Under the pieces are notes generated by a model. That model was given only the letters and a program-made list of their open reading frames with translations. It did not search any database and was not told where the DNA came from. A stretch of 63,711 bases of DNA, the filler included, from Octopus bimaculoides (lineage: Eukaryota), in the NCBI RefSeq assembly GCF_001194135.2. It is 5 parts of 5 records of this genome, joined end to end, with 100 filler letters (N's around TTAATTAATTAA, not from the genome) between each part and the next. Parts side by side here need not be neighbours in the genome. Positions count along the whole stretch, not along the records: positions 21,173 to 48,921 come from NC_068994.1; 4 more parts are not named here. The stretch is one strand, 5' to 3'. A program made the translations under genes and the position numbers. The stretch's first letter is position 1. Every line of letters begins with the position of its first letter. Positions 26,121-38,420 of this stretch are shown one piece after another.

Positions 26121-26519
26121 AAAAGATGAAGACGAAGACGACGACGACGACGGTGGTGGTGGTGAAATCGTATTCCATAAAAAAAAAACTTGGGAACAAC
26201 AGAATTATCTCCCTTGTGTTATATTTCCTTCAATGCTTTGACAGAGTTCGCGCGTGTGTGTGATATATTTTTGTAAGGAGACAGAGTGGGATGTCAGAGA
26301 AATTTGGCTGCTGTTTTTAGCAGGTGTACTGTCCCCTACCTTGCTGTTGTCGATGTTAGTGTTGTGATATCCCAGACAGAAATCTTTGCCATCTGACTGG
26401 ACAGCGGCAACATGAAATGAAGTGTGTTGCTCAAGGACACAGTACACTGTCCGGTCCAGGAATGGAAACCACAATCTTGTGATCATCTCCACGTTTTGGC
26501 CATCCACGACCACATTGCA

Positions 26520-26700
26520 ACAGTGACCCTGTCCTCATTGATGGACTCAATCACCAACATACCATAACTTCTGCTCAACAAGCCTACTGTGTCACATCTC
26601 TTTCTCTTCTACCACTGCTACAACGACCTCTGTTCTCCTGAACCTATCTTCTCTGGAACCATATCTCCATTCTTGTCACCCCCTAATATGTTTCTCTTCC
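26520..26700 (+). mobile_element. Possible CR1-group LINE RT C-terminal relic
   Basis: Short translation LFLFYHCYNDLCSPE resembles the LSLFYRYY.G.CS.EL motif of CR1-group LINEs; a possible minus-strand APE relic (TLDLF) at about 42700-43000. Confidence 0.3.
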
Positions 26701-26933
26701 CATCTCCTATGCCCCTCCTCCTCCTGCCCACCCTCATCCAAACTCTCATCACCAATCAGGGATGATTTAACAAACTATCAAGGCTCCTCTCCCTCTTCCT
26801 AATTAATCCAAACATCACCACATGACCCCCCCACCAGTTAACCAACCATTACTTTATGATTCTGAGTTCAGTTCCAGTGGAGGGGAGGCTTTGTTAACCC
26901 CCCCCCCCCCCCACACACACACTGTACAGATGC

Positions 26934-27147
26934 TTTTACTCTTTTACTTGTTTCAGTCATTTCACTGCAGCCATGCTGGAGCACGGCTTTTAGTTGAACA
27001 ATTCGACCCTAGGACTTATTCTTTGTAAGCTTAGTACTTATTCTATCGGTCTCTTTTGCCAAACTGCTAAGTTACAGGGATGTAAACACACCAACATCAG
27101 ATGTCAAGTAATGGCGGGAGGGGGGGGGCAAACACAGACACACAAAC

Positions 27148-27221
<74 letters not shown>

Positions 27222-27378
27222 GGCTTCTTTCAGTTTCTGTCTACGAAATCCACTCACAAGGCTTTGGTCAACCTGAGGCTATAGAAGACACTTGCCCAAG
27301 GGGCTACACAGTGGGACTGAATCCAGAACCATGTGGTTGGTAAGCAAGCTACTTTACCACACAGCCATCCCTGCACCT
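26934..27378 (-). mobile_element. tRNA-derived SINE family A with internal (TA)n
   Basis: Reverse complement of the family A copies. Confidence 0.88.
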
Positions 27379-28338
27379 ATAGTTTTATATTTTCAGTTTC
27401 AGGACCACCTGATCTTGGATTGAGATGATTGGGCACAGCTGTTTCGGTGCTGATGATTTGGCATGGCTTATTGCATGATGATTTGGCATGGAGATTCAAC
27501 CAGTTTAGGTGCAATCCCATGGTCATTCATGACCAAAGGAGGTCTTTACCTCTTAGACAGCAGGGGAGGGAGAGAAGTATTGGATTCAAATTTTAGCACA
27601 AGGCTAGCAATTTTGGGAAAAGGGCTGAATCTATTAAGTCAACCCCAGTGTTCAACTGATACTTATCTCATCAAGTGATGGAAGGTAATTTGACCTCAGC
27701 AGAATTTGAACTTAGAACATAAAGCTGGACAGAATGCTGCTAAGCATTCCATCTGGTGTGATAAAAATTCTGCCAGCAGTACTTTTTGGCACTAGCGGCC
27801 AACACACACTCACACACTTGCTCATGTGTGTAGAATTATACACAAGCAGACAGAGGAAGGGAGGAAGAGAGGAAAGAAGAAGAGAAATATTAAAACATCT
27901 GATCGTCAAATAAGTCAGCATGATATCAACATTGCCAAAAGAGCTGTACCAATATATCTCCTACAGCACCCGGTCTTGGTGGGTACCTTTGTTAGTACCC
28001 GAGACCAGGTGGTAACTATTTTGGCCAAATCTCTGAGTTGATGATAACATCTCTCTTTTTTCTCCCATTGGTTTTGAAGCTCTAAAAATGGTCATTGGTG
28101 TTGTCCCTCCTCCTTTAATTAAGCAATTAAAAAAAGTCTGATTATTATGTTAAACAACCTTAATCAAATCACATCACATGATATACCCCAATTAAATACC
28201 CAGGAGCATAAGATTCTGTGTTTAACATCCAACCAGGTTCCTTTGGTATAGTACCAGTAATATATTGGGATTCTAGACAGAATTACTGAGGGAGATGATT
28301 AGAGAAGAAGGGGGTTAATAAAGAGGTGTGTGTAATGA

Positions 28339-28383
<45 letters not shown>

Positions 28384-28393
28384 NNNNNNNNNN

Positions 28394-28433
<40 letters not shown>

Positions 28434-29656
28434 TGTGTTCAGAAGTCCATGACCTTCGACCTAGTATTTGAGTGTCTAAATTTGGTTGTTTAGAGGTCAG
28501 TGTGTTGGTAACAGTGTGAAGGAATGACAGACAAAAACAGACAAAGAACGGACGAGAAAGGATAAGCTAAAAAACAACAGAATACCATCATTTCACATCT
28601 TCAGCCTTTCTCTCTGTTGGGCTGTTTTAGCTGTTTTAACTGAATTTACTCATCATCATCATTACCATCATCATCATGAACATCATCATCACTACCACTC
28701 ACCATCATGAGCAACATGACCACTGACACAAAACAAGCACCAACACCACCACCACCCTCACCACCAACACCAACAACATTGGCACCACACCACTGCCTCC
28801 CCCTTCCCACCACCACCCTCACAATCAACTCCATCACCAGAAACATTGCCGTCACCACAGACCTGCAAGAAATAGAAACTAAAATATCCCTCAATGTACA
28901 AACTTGTTCTAAATAAATCTGAATACATCTCTGATGTACAAAAAGACAGGATGGCCATGGCTGAAACACCTTTCATTATATGATTGTTCCATCATGGTTG
29001 ACCTGGGGCTAAACAACCTATATACATATATATAAATAAATATATATATATTTTGGTGAGAATGGTTTTTACACAAACACACATAAACACCTGGGATTGT
29101 TTAATCCCAGGTCACTTCTAGTCAAACACATTCCAGAAATGACCATCCCATCTGTTTACTACTATATCATGGGATAAATCACCCAATATAGCCTTTTTTC
29201 TCAAGATTGAGGTTTGAGAGAGATTTTGCTGCTATTTCCAGCATAATGAATGGGCACAAAGGGGCACCATCTGTTGTTGTTGTTGTTGTTGCTAGTAACA
29301 ATAACAGTGGTATTGGTGTTGTTTATAGTGCTGCTGCTGCTGATGACAGTACTAGTTCTGCTGCTACTGTTGCTGCTGCTGTCCACATTGATTTTCTATA
29401 AGGTTTCCAAATGAAGATCTCTTCATTACCCATCACATTGCCTGCTGCTGCTCTCCATCTCTCTATTTACACCTCTTAATTCCTGTTTAACTTACCTATA
29501 TACATATGTGTGTGCATGTGTCTATGTGGGTCTTTAGCATATGTGTTTCTGACTTCTGTGTATATGTGCATATATATAGAGAGAAAGAGAATGAAAGATA
29601 GATATAGATAGATGTTTGCATGTGTGTGTATGTATAAGTATGTGTGTGTGAGAGAG

Positions 29657-29694
<38 letters not shown>

Positions 29695-30039
29695 TTTACA
29701 TACATATACGCATCCATATATATGTCTCTCTCAGTCTGTTTTTACAGCTATTCCCCTGTCCATCCACCCACCCCACTTCCCTCCCCTCAATCTCCACCCC
29801 CGCCCCGTATCACCATCACCACCACACCTGTATACTTCTAGTTCTAAATACTAGCTCTATATATTAGCTACAGTTCTTAGCTATTGCATTTAATAGCTAC
29901 CACAACTATTAGCTACAGCTATTATTTACATATATTACCTACAGGTAATATATGAAGCTATTATCTAGAAGTATAACCTTTAGCTATTAGTTGGGGCTGC
30001 AAACTGCATCTATGATGTAGTGATGTTGATGCCCTTCAC

Positions 30040-30415
30040 ATAGGCACAGGAGTGGTAAGTAGCTGTGTGGTAAGTAGCTTGCTTACCAACCACATTGTTC
30101 CGGGTTCATTCCCATGCGTGACACCTTGGGTAAGTGTCTTCTACTATAGCCTTGGGCCAACCAAAACCTTGTGAGTGGATTTAGTAGATAGAAACTGAAA
30201 GAAGCCTGTCATATGTACATGTATATGTATATGTGTGTGTATGTTTGTCCCCCCCCTATCATCTGACAACCGATGTTGGTGTGTTTACATCCCCGTAAAA
30301 GAGACCGATAGAATACGGCTTGCAAAGAATAAGTCCTAGAGTCAATTTGTTTGACTAAAGGCAGTGCTCCAGCATGGCCACAGTGAAATGACTGAAACAG
30401 GTAAAAGATTAAGAG
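30040..30415 (+). mobile_element. tRNA-derived SINE family A
   Basis: A/B boxes, CORE-like block, internal TA/TG tract, ACTGAAACAGGTAAAAG tail. Confidence 0.88.
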
Positions 30416-30609
30416 TGAAAGAATACCTGTTAAAGCCACTTTGACATGCCAGAAATAGCAGGTAATTTGAATGACATCTTAAAAAGGAAGAACATAGTTT
30501 ATTCCTAGACAGACAAACTGGCACACCATTGGTTACGAGGACAAGGGTGCCAGTAGACCCAGTCAATGGAGCAATCTGCTCAAGAAATTAACGTGCAAGT
30601 GGCTGAGTA

Positions 30610-30840
30610 CACCACAGACACATGTTCCTTTAATGTAGTTGTCAAGGAGACTCAGTGTGATAAAGAATGTGACAAGGCTGGTCTGTTAGAATTACAGGTA
30701 CAACTCACTTTTGCCAGCTAAGTAGACTGGAGAAATGTGAAATAAAGTGTCTTGCTCAAGGACAGCGCACTGCCTAGAATCGAACTCATGACCTTACGAT
30801 CATGAGCTGAATACCTTAACCACTGAGCTATGCGCCTTCA
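30610..30840 (-). mobile_element. tRNA-derived SINE family B
   Basis: Shares GAAATGAAGTGTCTTGCTCAAGGAC...GAATCGAA with about 26390-26510 and 63270-63512. Confidence 0.75.
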
Positions 30841-31250
30841 CATTCAATAGACAAATCTACGGCATGGTCAAGGTTGGAGTGTCATTGTCCATACAATCCC
30901 TCATTAAAATACATCAGGTAAGTCCTGCTTGGTCAGGACTGACCTAGGGTTAAATGACAACAACAACAAATAAAAAGCCAAAAATAAAAACCTGTATATG
31001 GTCATTAAATAAGCTAGAAATAGTAGCCAGACATCCTTCAACTCACATCTTGCTGTCTTATACAAAATACACTATGTCAGAACTAAGAGAGGATAGTCAT
31101 GGCTGGAGCATCTTTAATCATAAGACTACTCAGATCAAATTTGATCTGAGTAAAGACAACATCAATGACAACCAATCTGCTTCGAATACATTTACTCTTT
31201 GTAAGTAATGGAGAGTTATTGAATAACAGAGTTTCAATGAGCCTGAAATG

Positions 31251-31497
31251 GAGATCAACTTGACCCAAAGACTTGATCCAGAGACTAGCTTGACGCAGAA
31301 ACCAGCTTCATTTATTGATCATCTTCATCCAGAGGCCAGTTTGATCAAGAGACTAGCCTGGTCTCAAGAACAACTTGAGCCAGAGATTAGCTTGATCGAA
31401 AGATCAGCTTGATTCAGCGACTAGCGTGATATAGAGATTACTTTGATCCAGAGAGCAGCAAGTTCAAGAGATAAGATTGATCCAGAGATCAGCTTTA
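31251..31497. repeat. 17-bp minisatellite, about 15 degenerate units (consensus near GAGACCAGCTTGATCCA)
   Basis: Units parse in a 17-bp register, with one shorter unit. Confidence 0.88.
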
Positions 31498-32186
31498 GCA
31501 GCTAACACCATTTGTATGTATGAACCATGGTTGCTTGATGTGCTAGAAATCATAGTTAAATCTCCCTCAAATCACTGGGATTTTTATCATGTAGGAGAAA
31601 CAGATATTTTGTCTGATTCTTGAACACTTCTTCCAGATCACTATATTGCTGGTTATATACATCATAGATAGATCTGCAAGGATCATGTGGAACCCTAACA
31701 GTCATGTGGACCCTGGTTGAGTACCACTGTTCAAAAGATAGAAAAGTTATGCACAAACATACTTAGAGCCATCACAGTTACATTTGGCCAACAGCAATAA
31801 TGGTATTCAAACAAAACATTAAAATTATGAGACTAGGCTAGTCCTACCTTGCCCCTCCACCCATCTCTCCATCTTCTACAACAAACCAAGGAAGACAGAT
31901 GCTAAATGGTGATGATTATGATGAGGGTATACATAAATATATACAAAATAGACAGAGATAATGGGTTATATACAGTTATTTTATTTATTCATTATAGGTT
32001 TACAGTAGTTTTAAGATATGCATTTGGGTGCATGGTTCAATTTAATCAATTAATCAACTTATTCACTGAAAAATAGGGAATGCCCCTTACAATAATATTT
32101 CCATCACAGCCAAAACAAATCAGCTGCCAATGACAAATATACACACACAGCCCCCACCACCATTTGTAGAAAACATGTGGTCTAAT

Positions 32187-32650
32187 TATAAACGGAGCAA
32201 ATTTTAGCTTAAATCAATTTTCAAACTTTATTGGGTTCTCAGCCAAACTGTTTATATACTCAACAAATGCAGCAGTTACTCTATGAGGGGGGGTCCCTAA
32301 TTTGCATACCAAAAGTGTTTGATACTCTATAAATACCAGCAGCCTGTCAACAGGGATCTTAGTCCACACAGTATCAGGGTACGATATATAATATATATGG
32401 TATATTTATAAACAGGGCAAATTTTAGCCATTTCTCCACAGACTGAAAAAAAACAAAGAATAACCTTAATTGATTTTTGAACCTTATTGGGTTCTCATCA
32501 GAGGCATCTACATCATTCTGACAGTCTCCAGAGAAACATAACAAAATCAGTTACTCTGTGAAGGAATCCCTAATTTGCAAACTGAAAGTGCTTAACACTA
32601 TAAATACCAGCGGCCTGTCAACGGGGATTTTAATTATATTCCACATGGTA
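32187..32650 (+). promoter_or_regulatory. Tandemly duplicated module carrying CCAAT (reverse), octamer and TATA motifs; putative Pol II promoter(s)
   Basis: Copy 1: ATTGG 32230, ATTTGCAT 32300, TATAAATA 32328. Copy 2: ATTGG 32486, ATTTGCAA 32573, TATAAATA 32599. The duplication is certain; promoter function is inferred. Confidence 0.45.
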
Positions 32651-33117
32651 TTGAGACATGGACCCTGAATGCAGAGGACATGCAAAGGTTAGAGAGGAAT
32701 GCAGCTAGTATGATCCACTGGATGTGCAATGTTAGTGTACTTGTGTGTTGAGATAAAAGTTAAGTATAAGAGGAATTAGATGTAGTGTGTAAGAGAGAGA
32801 GGATTGTGCTGGTGTGGCCATGGGGATGGATACCAGTAGCTCTGTAAAGAGGTGCTGATCACTCAGAGTGGATGGAACTTGTGGAAGAGGGTCACCCAGG
32901 AAAACATGGGATGAAGGGACACTGAACCTTATGAAGGAGGTGACAAAGGACTGAGATATATACATATGCTGAGACCCCCTTCGGTCATGACTGACCATGG
33001 GATTGCACCTAGAAAGTTACCCTCCCAGGCACAAGTCCGGGCAAGGTTGATTTACGGAAGGCCAGCAGTCGACCATGCATACCAGCCTCCCCTCTCCACG
33101 CCACCAGTGTTATCCAA
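32650..33117 (+). mobile_element. RTE LINE fragments (3' ORF relic at 32650-32965, then a probable repeat 5' end running into the gap)
   Basis: ETWTLNAEDMQRLERNAASMIHWMCNV homology to the other RTE copies; assignment of 32966-33117 is from memory of octopus repeats only. Confidence 0.6.
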
Positions 33118-33217
33118 NNNNNNNNNNNNNNNNNNNNNNNNNNNNNNNNNNNNNNNNNNNNNNNNNNNNNNNNNNNNNNNNNNNNNNNNNNNNNNNNNNN
33201 NNNNNNNNNNNNNNNNN

Positions 33218-34451
33218 GAATTCAAAGATATCATATCAGTTAAGAAATAAACCAGACTTACCATTCACATTGTCTGCAAGGAAAACCATTACTGGTAGTT
33301 CTGAACTGGGAATCATTTTGGCAAGGAAATTAGACAGGGAGGTAAAAGATTCTTATAATCTACAAGTTATTGCCAAAGATGGAGGCTATCCATCGAAACA
33401 AGGTGTTTTAGATGTGCACATATCTGTCATAGACTTAAATGATAATTCACCAGTATTTAATAAAGATATTTATAACANNNNNNNNNNNNNNNNNNNNNNN
33501 NNNNNNNNNNNNNNNNNNNNNNAAGATTTAGATTCCGGAGAAAATGGTCATGTTAGTTATTTCTTCAGTACAGAAACACCAGAGAAAGTGAAGACTTATT
33601 TCAGACTCAATCACATGACAGGAGAGATTTTTCTACAAGAAGCTTTCAGAAGAGCTAAAAAACAAAATTATGAAATATTTATCATGGCTAAAGATGGCGG
33701 GAATCCTCCAAGAAGTTCTACTGCCATCGTTTTAGTGAATATAATTAATGAAAGAAACAATCCTCCTGAAATTGATATCAACTTTGTCACTCAGATAAAA
33801 GAGAACACAGCAGCTATTTCTGAAGGAACCAAAGTTGGTAGTTTTATAGCTTATGTCAGTATTATTGATAACGATACTGGACAGAACGGTGAGGTGGAAT
33901 GTAAGCTAGAGCATGATAAATTCTTACTTTTAGACTTAGGATCAAATGAATACAAAATAACTTTAAAGAAACCGGTGGACCGAGAAACACGAGATCATTA
34001 TGATTTTAGTATTTCTTGTGAAGACAAAGGAACTCCTCCTTTGAAGACAGAGAGGAAAATCTTCATCCAAGTAACAGATATCAACGATGGTAAACCACAA
34101 TTTACCAAAGACACATTTAAATTCCTCACCTATGAGAATGGTATACCAAACTTTCCAATTGGTTTCATCAATGCCACTGATCAAGATTTAGAAGCTGGAG
34201 GTCAGTTGTCTTATAGATTAATTAGCAATAATATAAATGGTATACCGTTTCATGTTACGGATTATGGTTTTATTTCAACGTCCATAGTTTTGGACAGGGA
34301 ACAGCNNNNNNNNNNATGTCTATAAGTTCAAGGTTTTTGTCAAAGACAAGGGAACGCCATCACTGAACAACACTGCCAATGTGGTTGTAGAGGTTTTAGA
34401 CGAGAACGATAATGCCCCTTATTTTACATTTCCTAGTGTTGACCCTTTCAC
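33218..34451 (+). CDS. Protocadherin internal part (end of EC2, EC3, EC4, EC5, start of EC6), broken by small N gaps; no start, TM or tail visible
   Basis: Open frames with LDRE, DLNDNSP, IDNDTGQNG, VDRE, EDKGTPP, DINDGKP, LDREQ, KDKGTP and DENDNAP; 33218-33477 is identical to the reverse complement of 21262-21521. Confidence 0.93.
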
Positions 34452-34770
34452 NNNNNNNNNNNNNNNNNNNNNNNNNNNNNNNNNNNNNNNNNNNNNNNNN
34501 NNNNNNNNNNNNNNNNNNNNNNNNNNNNNNNNNNNNNNNNNNNNNNNNNNNTATATACACACACACACACACACACACATATGTTGCAATTGAAAGGCCT
34601 GATTCCCAGTACTCTGAGCCAGTTGTTTCCAGTCATCAGCTGCCTGCACATGGCTACTGTTTGTTATGCAAGTACAAACCTCTTTGAATTTTGTTCTGGT
34701 TCAGAAAAAAAAAAAATGTTGGTTTCCAAAATGTTTAATTAATAGGTTTTATTGATGTATGTTTTAGTGG

Positions 34771-34803
<33 letters not shown>

Positions 34804-35929
34804 TATATGCATAAAGGCATATGTGTATAGGTATATACATATATATACGAGTGTATAATTCCCTGAGTGTGCATTTGTGTATATGTATTCATCTGTACAG
34901 CCACACACAAAATGAACACCCACATACATTCTCATTGTTTTTAAAAGCATTAATTAAAAGTATTAATTAAAAGTATTACATAAAAGTATTATTTTGGAAC
35001 ATTGCTTAAACAGCAATGCAATTTCATGAGTTTGATTGTATATAGTTTATGACGTCCATAATGATATTACCATGAGAACCAGAAATGAAATCAGAAGTGT
35101 GAACTCGAAGCAGCTGTTTTCATGTGTATCATTCACAAAGGTTTTTAAGTGAAGGAACATAGGGGTAAATGTTTTCTTTAAACTTTCATTTTATATTTCA
35201 AAGATGTTCAGACAGGGGATTGGTGTTTCATGGGATTTCTGGAAACCCCTAAAGGTGTTACTCCAGTATGGTCACACTCCAATGGGTGGAACCAGTAACA
35301 GAAGAGAATATACATATGTATGTGAGTGTGTATGAGCATTGATGTATGTATATTAAGGTGTGTACGTTTGTATTATGCATGTGTGTGCATTAATGTGTAT
35401 GTATTTATATTAATATGCATTAGTGTATGTGTGTGTGTGTGTTTGTGTATATGTATTAGTGTATATATGTATATGTGTGTGTGTGCATTTAACATGACTT
35501 CAACCAACATTAACTCACCAAATCCCACCTAATTTTCGAGTTGTCTCCCCTTGCTTTTGTTTATGCAATTTATACTTTATTCAAGAAATTTCTTTTCTTT
35601 GATACAGCTATAGTCTTGGATAACTAAAGCCAAAATGTTCATCTCATTAAGTATTTTAACATATAATTCATTAATAATTCCTAAGTTTGGCCCACCACCA
35701 TAAATGTGGGGCCTAGTAGCAGCCATAAAACCAATTCCATTGAATTACTGGTTCCTGTTTTACTGAATCCAGAATAATGAGAGATGAAATTAACTTTGGC
35801 AATATTTGAACTCAATGAAGGAATACCACTGAAAGACAACAGTAGAACAGTAACATTTCACCAGTTGACCTAAATGACCCAAATGGCTCACACTACTGAA
35901 ATAATGATAATTAGAACATAATTAATCAT

Positions 35930-36420
35930 GAATAATTAGAGAAAATCAGACTTCTGAAGACTGTGTGATGCAATATGTAGCTTTAAAAAATTTGTTACAG
36001 AAAATGCTGCTAAAACATCCTCATATTCACAATGACTTCAGAAACTCACTGAATCACAACTAACCACACACAAGTACACACATAGAGTTTCCCTCTCACA
36101 GTGCAGCTGACCTTCACATTGGAGAGTCTGGTTGCTGAGTCACACAGGATGGTTGAGGATCTTAGTAACTGAAAACTTAACCTGCCAATCAATGAATGTA
36201 CAACATTTTACGTACAAATTTCAAATGGAGGAATTTATGAAACTTGTTGGCAGAATAAAGCTCTGTAGACTTTCAACTTGGTTTGGAAGCTTTGATGTTT
36301 CCTTGTTTAAAGACTCTTGTAAAATTGCTAAAAGACAATGATGGCTTTGACAGTTCTACTCTTTCAGATACATTGCAAGAATGGACAATGATTCCTATTT
36401 TCTACAGTTAATTAGTTGGC
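35930..36420 (+). mobile_element. Possible hAT (Charlie-type) transposase relic
   Basis: ENLTCQ...EEFMKLVGRIKL...GSFD(V)/FPCL loosely resembles the LNLQLQG...F..KL.LW......F..FP.L block; heavily decayed. Confidence 0.25.
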
Positions 36421-36679
36421 AGATAATAGAGATTTCATTTAATTGATGGAAAAATACAAGACCTTTGGGAAAGACTTGAACATCAATCAAAGTAACAGGA
36501 AGACCTGACTGCTGAAAGATGTGGTCAATACCTAAAATGCCTCCACATATCGGGGTCGATGAATTAAGTACCAGTTGCATACTCGGGTGGATCTAATTGA
36601 CTGGCCCCCTCCCCAAAAATTCCGGGCCTTGTGCCTAGAGTAGAAAAGATTTGGTTGATGGAAACTACCAAATGTGAGT

Positions 36680-36960
36680 GGATTTGGTAAATGGAAACTG
36701 AAAGAAGCCCATTCTATGTGTGTATGTGTCTTTGTGTCTATTTATCCCCCCCCCCCCGCACTGCTTGGCAACCAGTATTAGTTTGCTTACAACCCCATAT
36801 CTTAGTGGTTTGGCAAAAGAGACCAATAGAAAAAGTACCAAGCTTAAAACAAAAGAACAAAAAGGTACTGGGGTCAATTCGTTCAACTAAAACCCCATCA
36901 AGGTGGTGCCCCAGCTTGGCCACAGTCTAGTAACTGAAACAAGATATAAGAAAAACAGTA
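36680..36960 (+). mobile_element. SINE family A, 3' part; a different SINE-type repeat sits at 36545-36648
   Basis: GTGAGTGGATTTGGTA.ATGGAAACTGAAAGAAGCCC onward matches the other family A copies. Confidence 0.8.
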
Positions 36961-37496
36961 ATGAACGGGCAAGGGGGTTTGTTGCCACTTCTTTAATGGC
37001 CCCAGCAAAGGGGTTGGGTCCCTTACATATATACATGGACACACACATACACACACACACACAAGTCTCCCTGAAATCACACTTCACTGTCTTAAGACAT
37101 CTTGGATAATGTAGTTTTACATATACAAAAGACAGGATGGTCATGGTTGGAATGCCCAGAGATAAATGAACATGCACATAGGTGAACACAAACATACTCG
37201 GTGACAGGCAAGCTCACACAAAACACACACACACACACACAAACAGGTAAACACATATACACAAATAATAGCTAGACACACAAACACACACATGCATGTA
37301 CACACAGACACAAATAGTCCCAAACAAAGACATGTACACTTATACATACGCACAGCCACACATAGACGGAGACATACATACACACACAGGTATAGATAGG
37401 CATAGACACAACTATCTCTATACCATGTGCCTTCATCATCATCATCATCTCCACCATCGTCCTTCTACTCTTCCCATCATCCTCATCATCATGACC

Positions 37497-37532
<36 letters not shown>

Positions 37533-38087
37533 GAACCACTACTGCCACAATGATGATAGGAATGGTGATGGTGGTGATGGTAGTGGTGATGACAATGACA
37601 ACGACGATGATCCTCATCATCATCATCATCATCATCACCACTGCTGCTGCCACCACCACCATCATTGCCGTGATCATCACCATCATCTATAATCATCATC
37701 ATCATCATCCTCATCACCACCATCACCACCAACTGCAGCAGCAGCTGGCAATCGGTACCAATGTACCGTTTCTTCCTAGATCAGCAGAATCAGAGAATGT
37801 AGCAGACGCTGCTGGTGCCGACCAGACAATATATATACACACCCACAGTTACTCTTGTTCTAGAGACCAGCTTCCAACATTCATTTTAGCTTTAATGGAC
37901 ACATCTATGGATAAACATGTTGCAGCTTGACTTTATTTCTTTTTTTTTTTATTTACACTGGTCAATACAGCCTTCTTTCATTAAGACAATAAAGTATGGT
38001 GGGAGGCAGATTTAGCTGTTATTTCTAACAGCTCTTGCAGCCATTTAGAATTCTCCTTACGTTGAGTCAATATATATATATATATAT

Positions 38088-38420
38088 TCTTTTACTTGTT
38101 TCAGTCATTTGAGTGTGGCCATGCTGAAGCACTGCCTTCAGACAAACAAATCAACCCAAGACTTATTCTTTGTAAGCTTAGTACTTATTCTATCGGTCTA
38201 TTTTGCCAAACCACTAAGTTACAGTGGACATAAACACACCAACATCGGTTGTCAAGTGATGGTGGGGGGACAAACACAGACACACAAACACATACATATA
38301 CAATGGGCTTCTTTCAGTTTCCGTCTACCAAATCCACTCACAAAGCTTTGGCTGGCCCTAGGCTATAGTAGTAGACATTTGCCCAAGGGGCGACGCAGTG
38401 GGACTGAACCTGGAACCAGC
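38088..38420 (-). mobile_element. SINE family A
   Basis: Reverse complement of the family A copies. Confidence 0.85.

Noticed and set aside
31251-31497. CRISPR-like array
   Set aside because: The units are contiguous with no unique spacers, the context is eukaryotic and there are no cas genes. It is a minisatellite.
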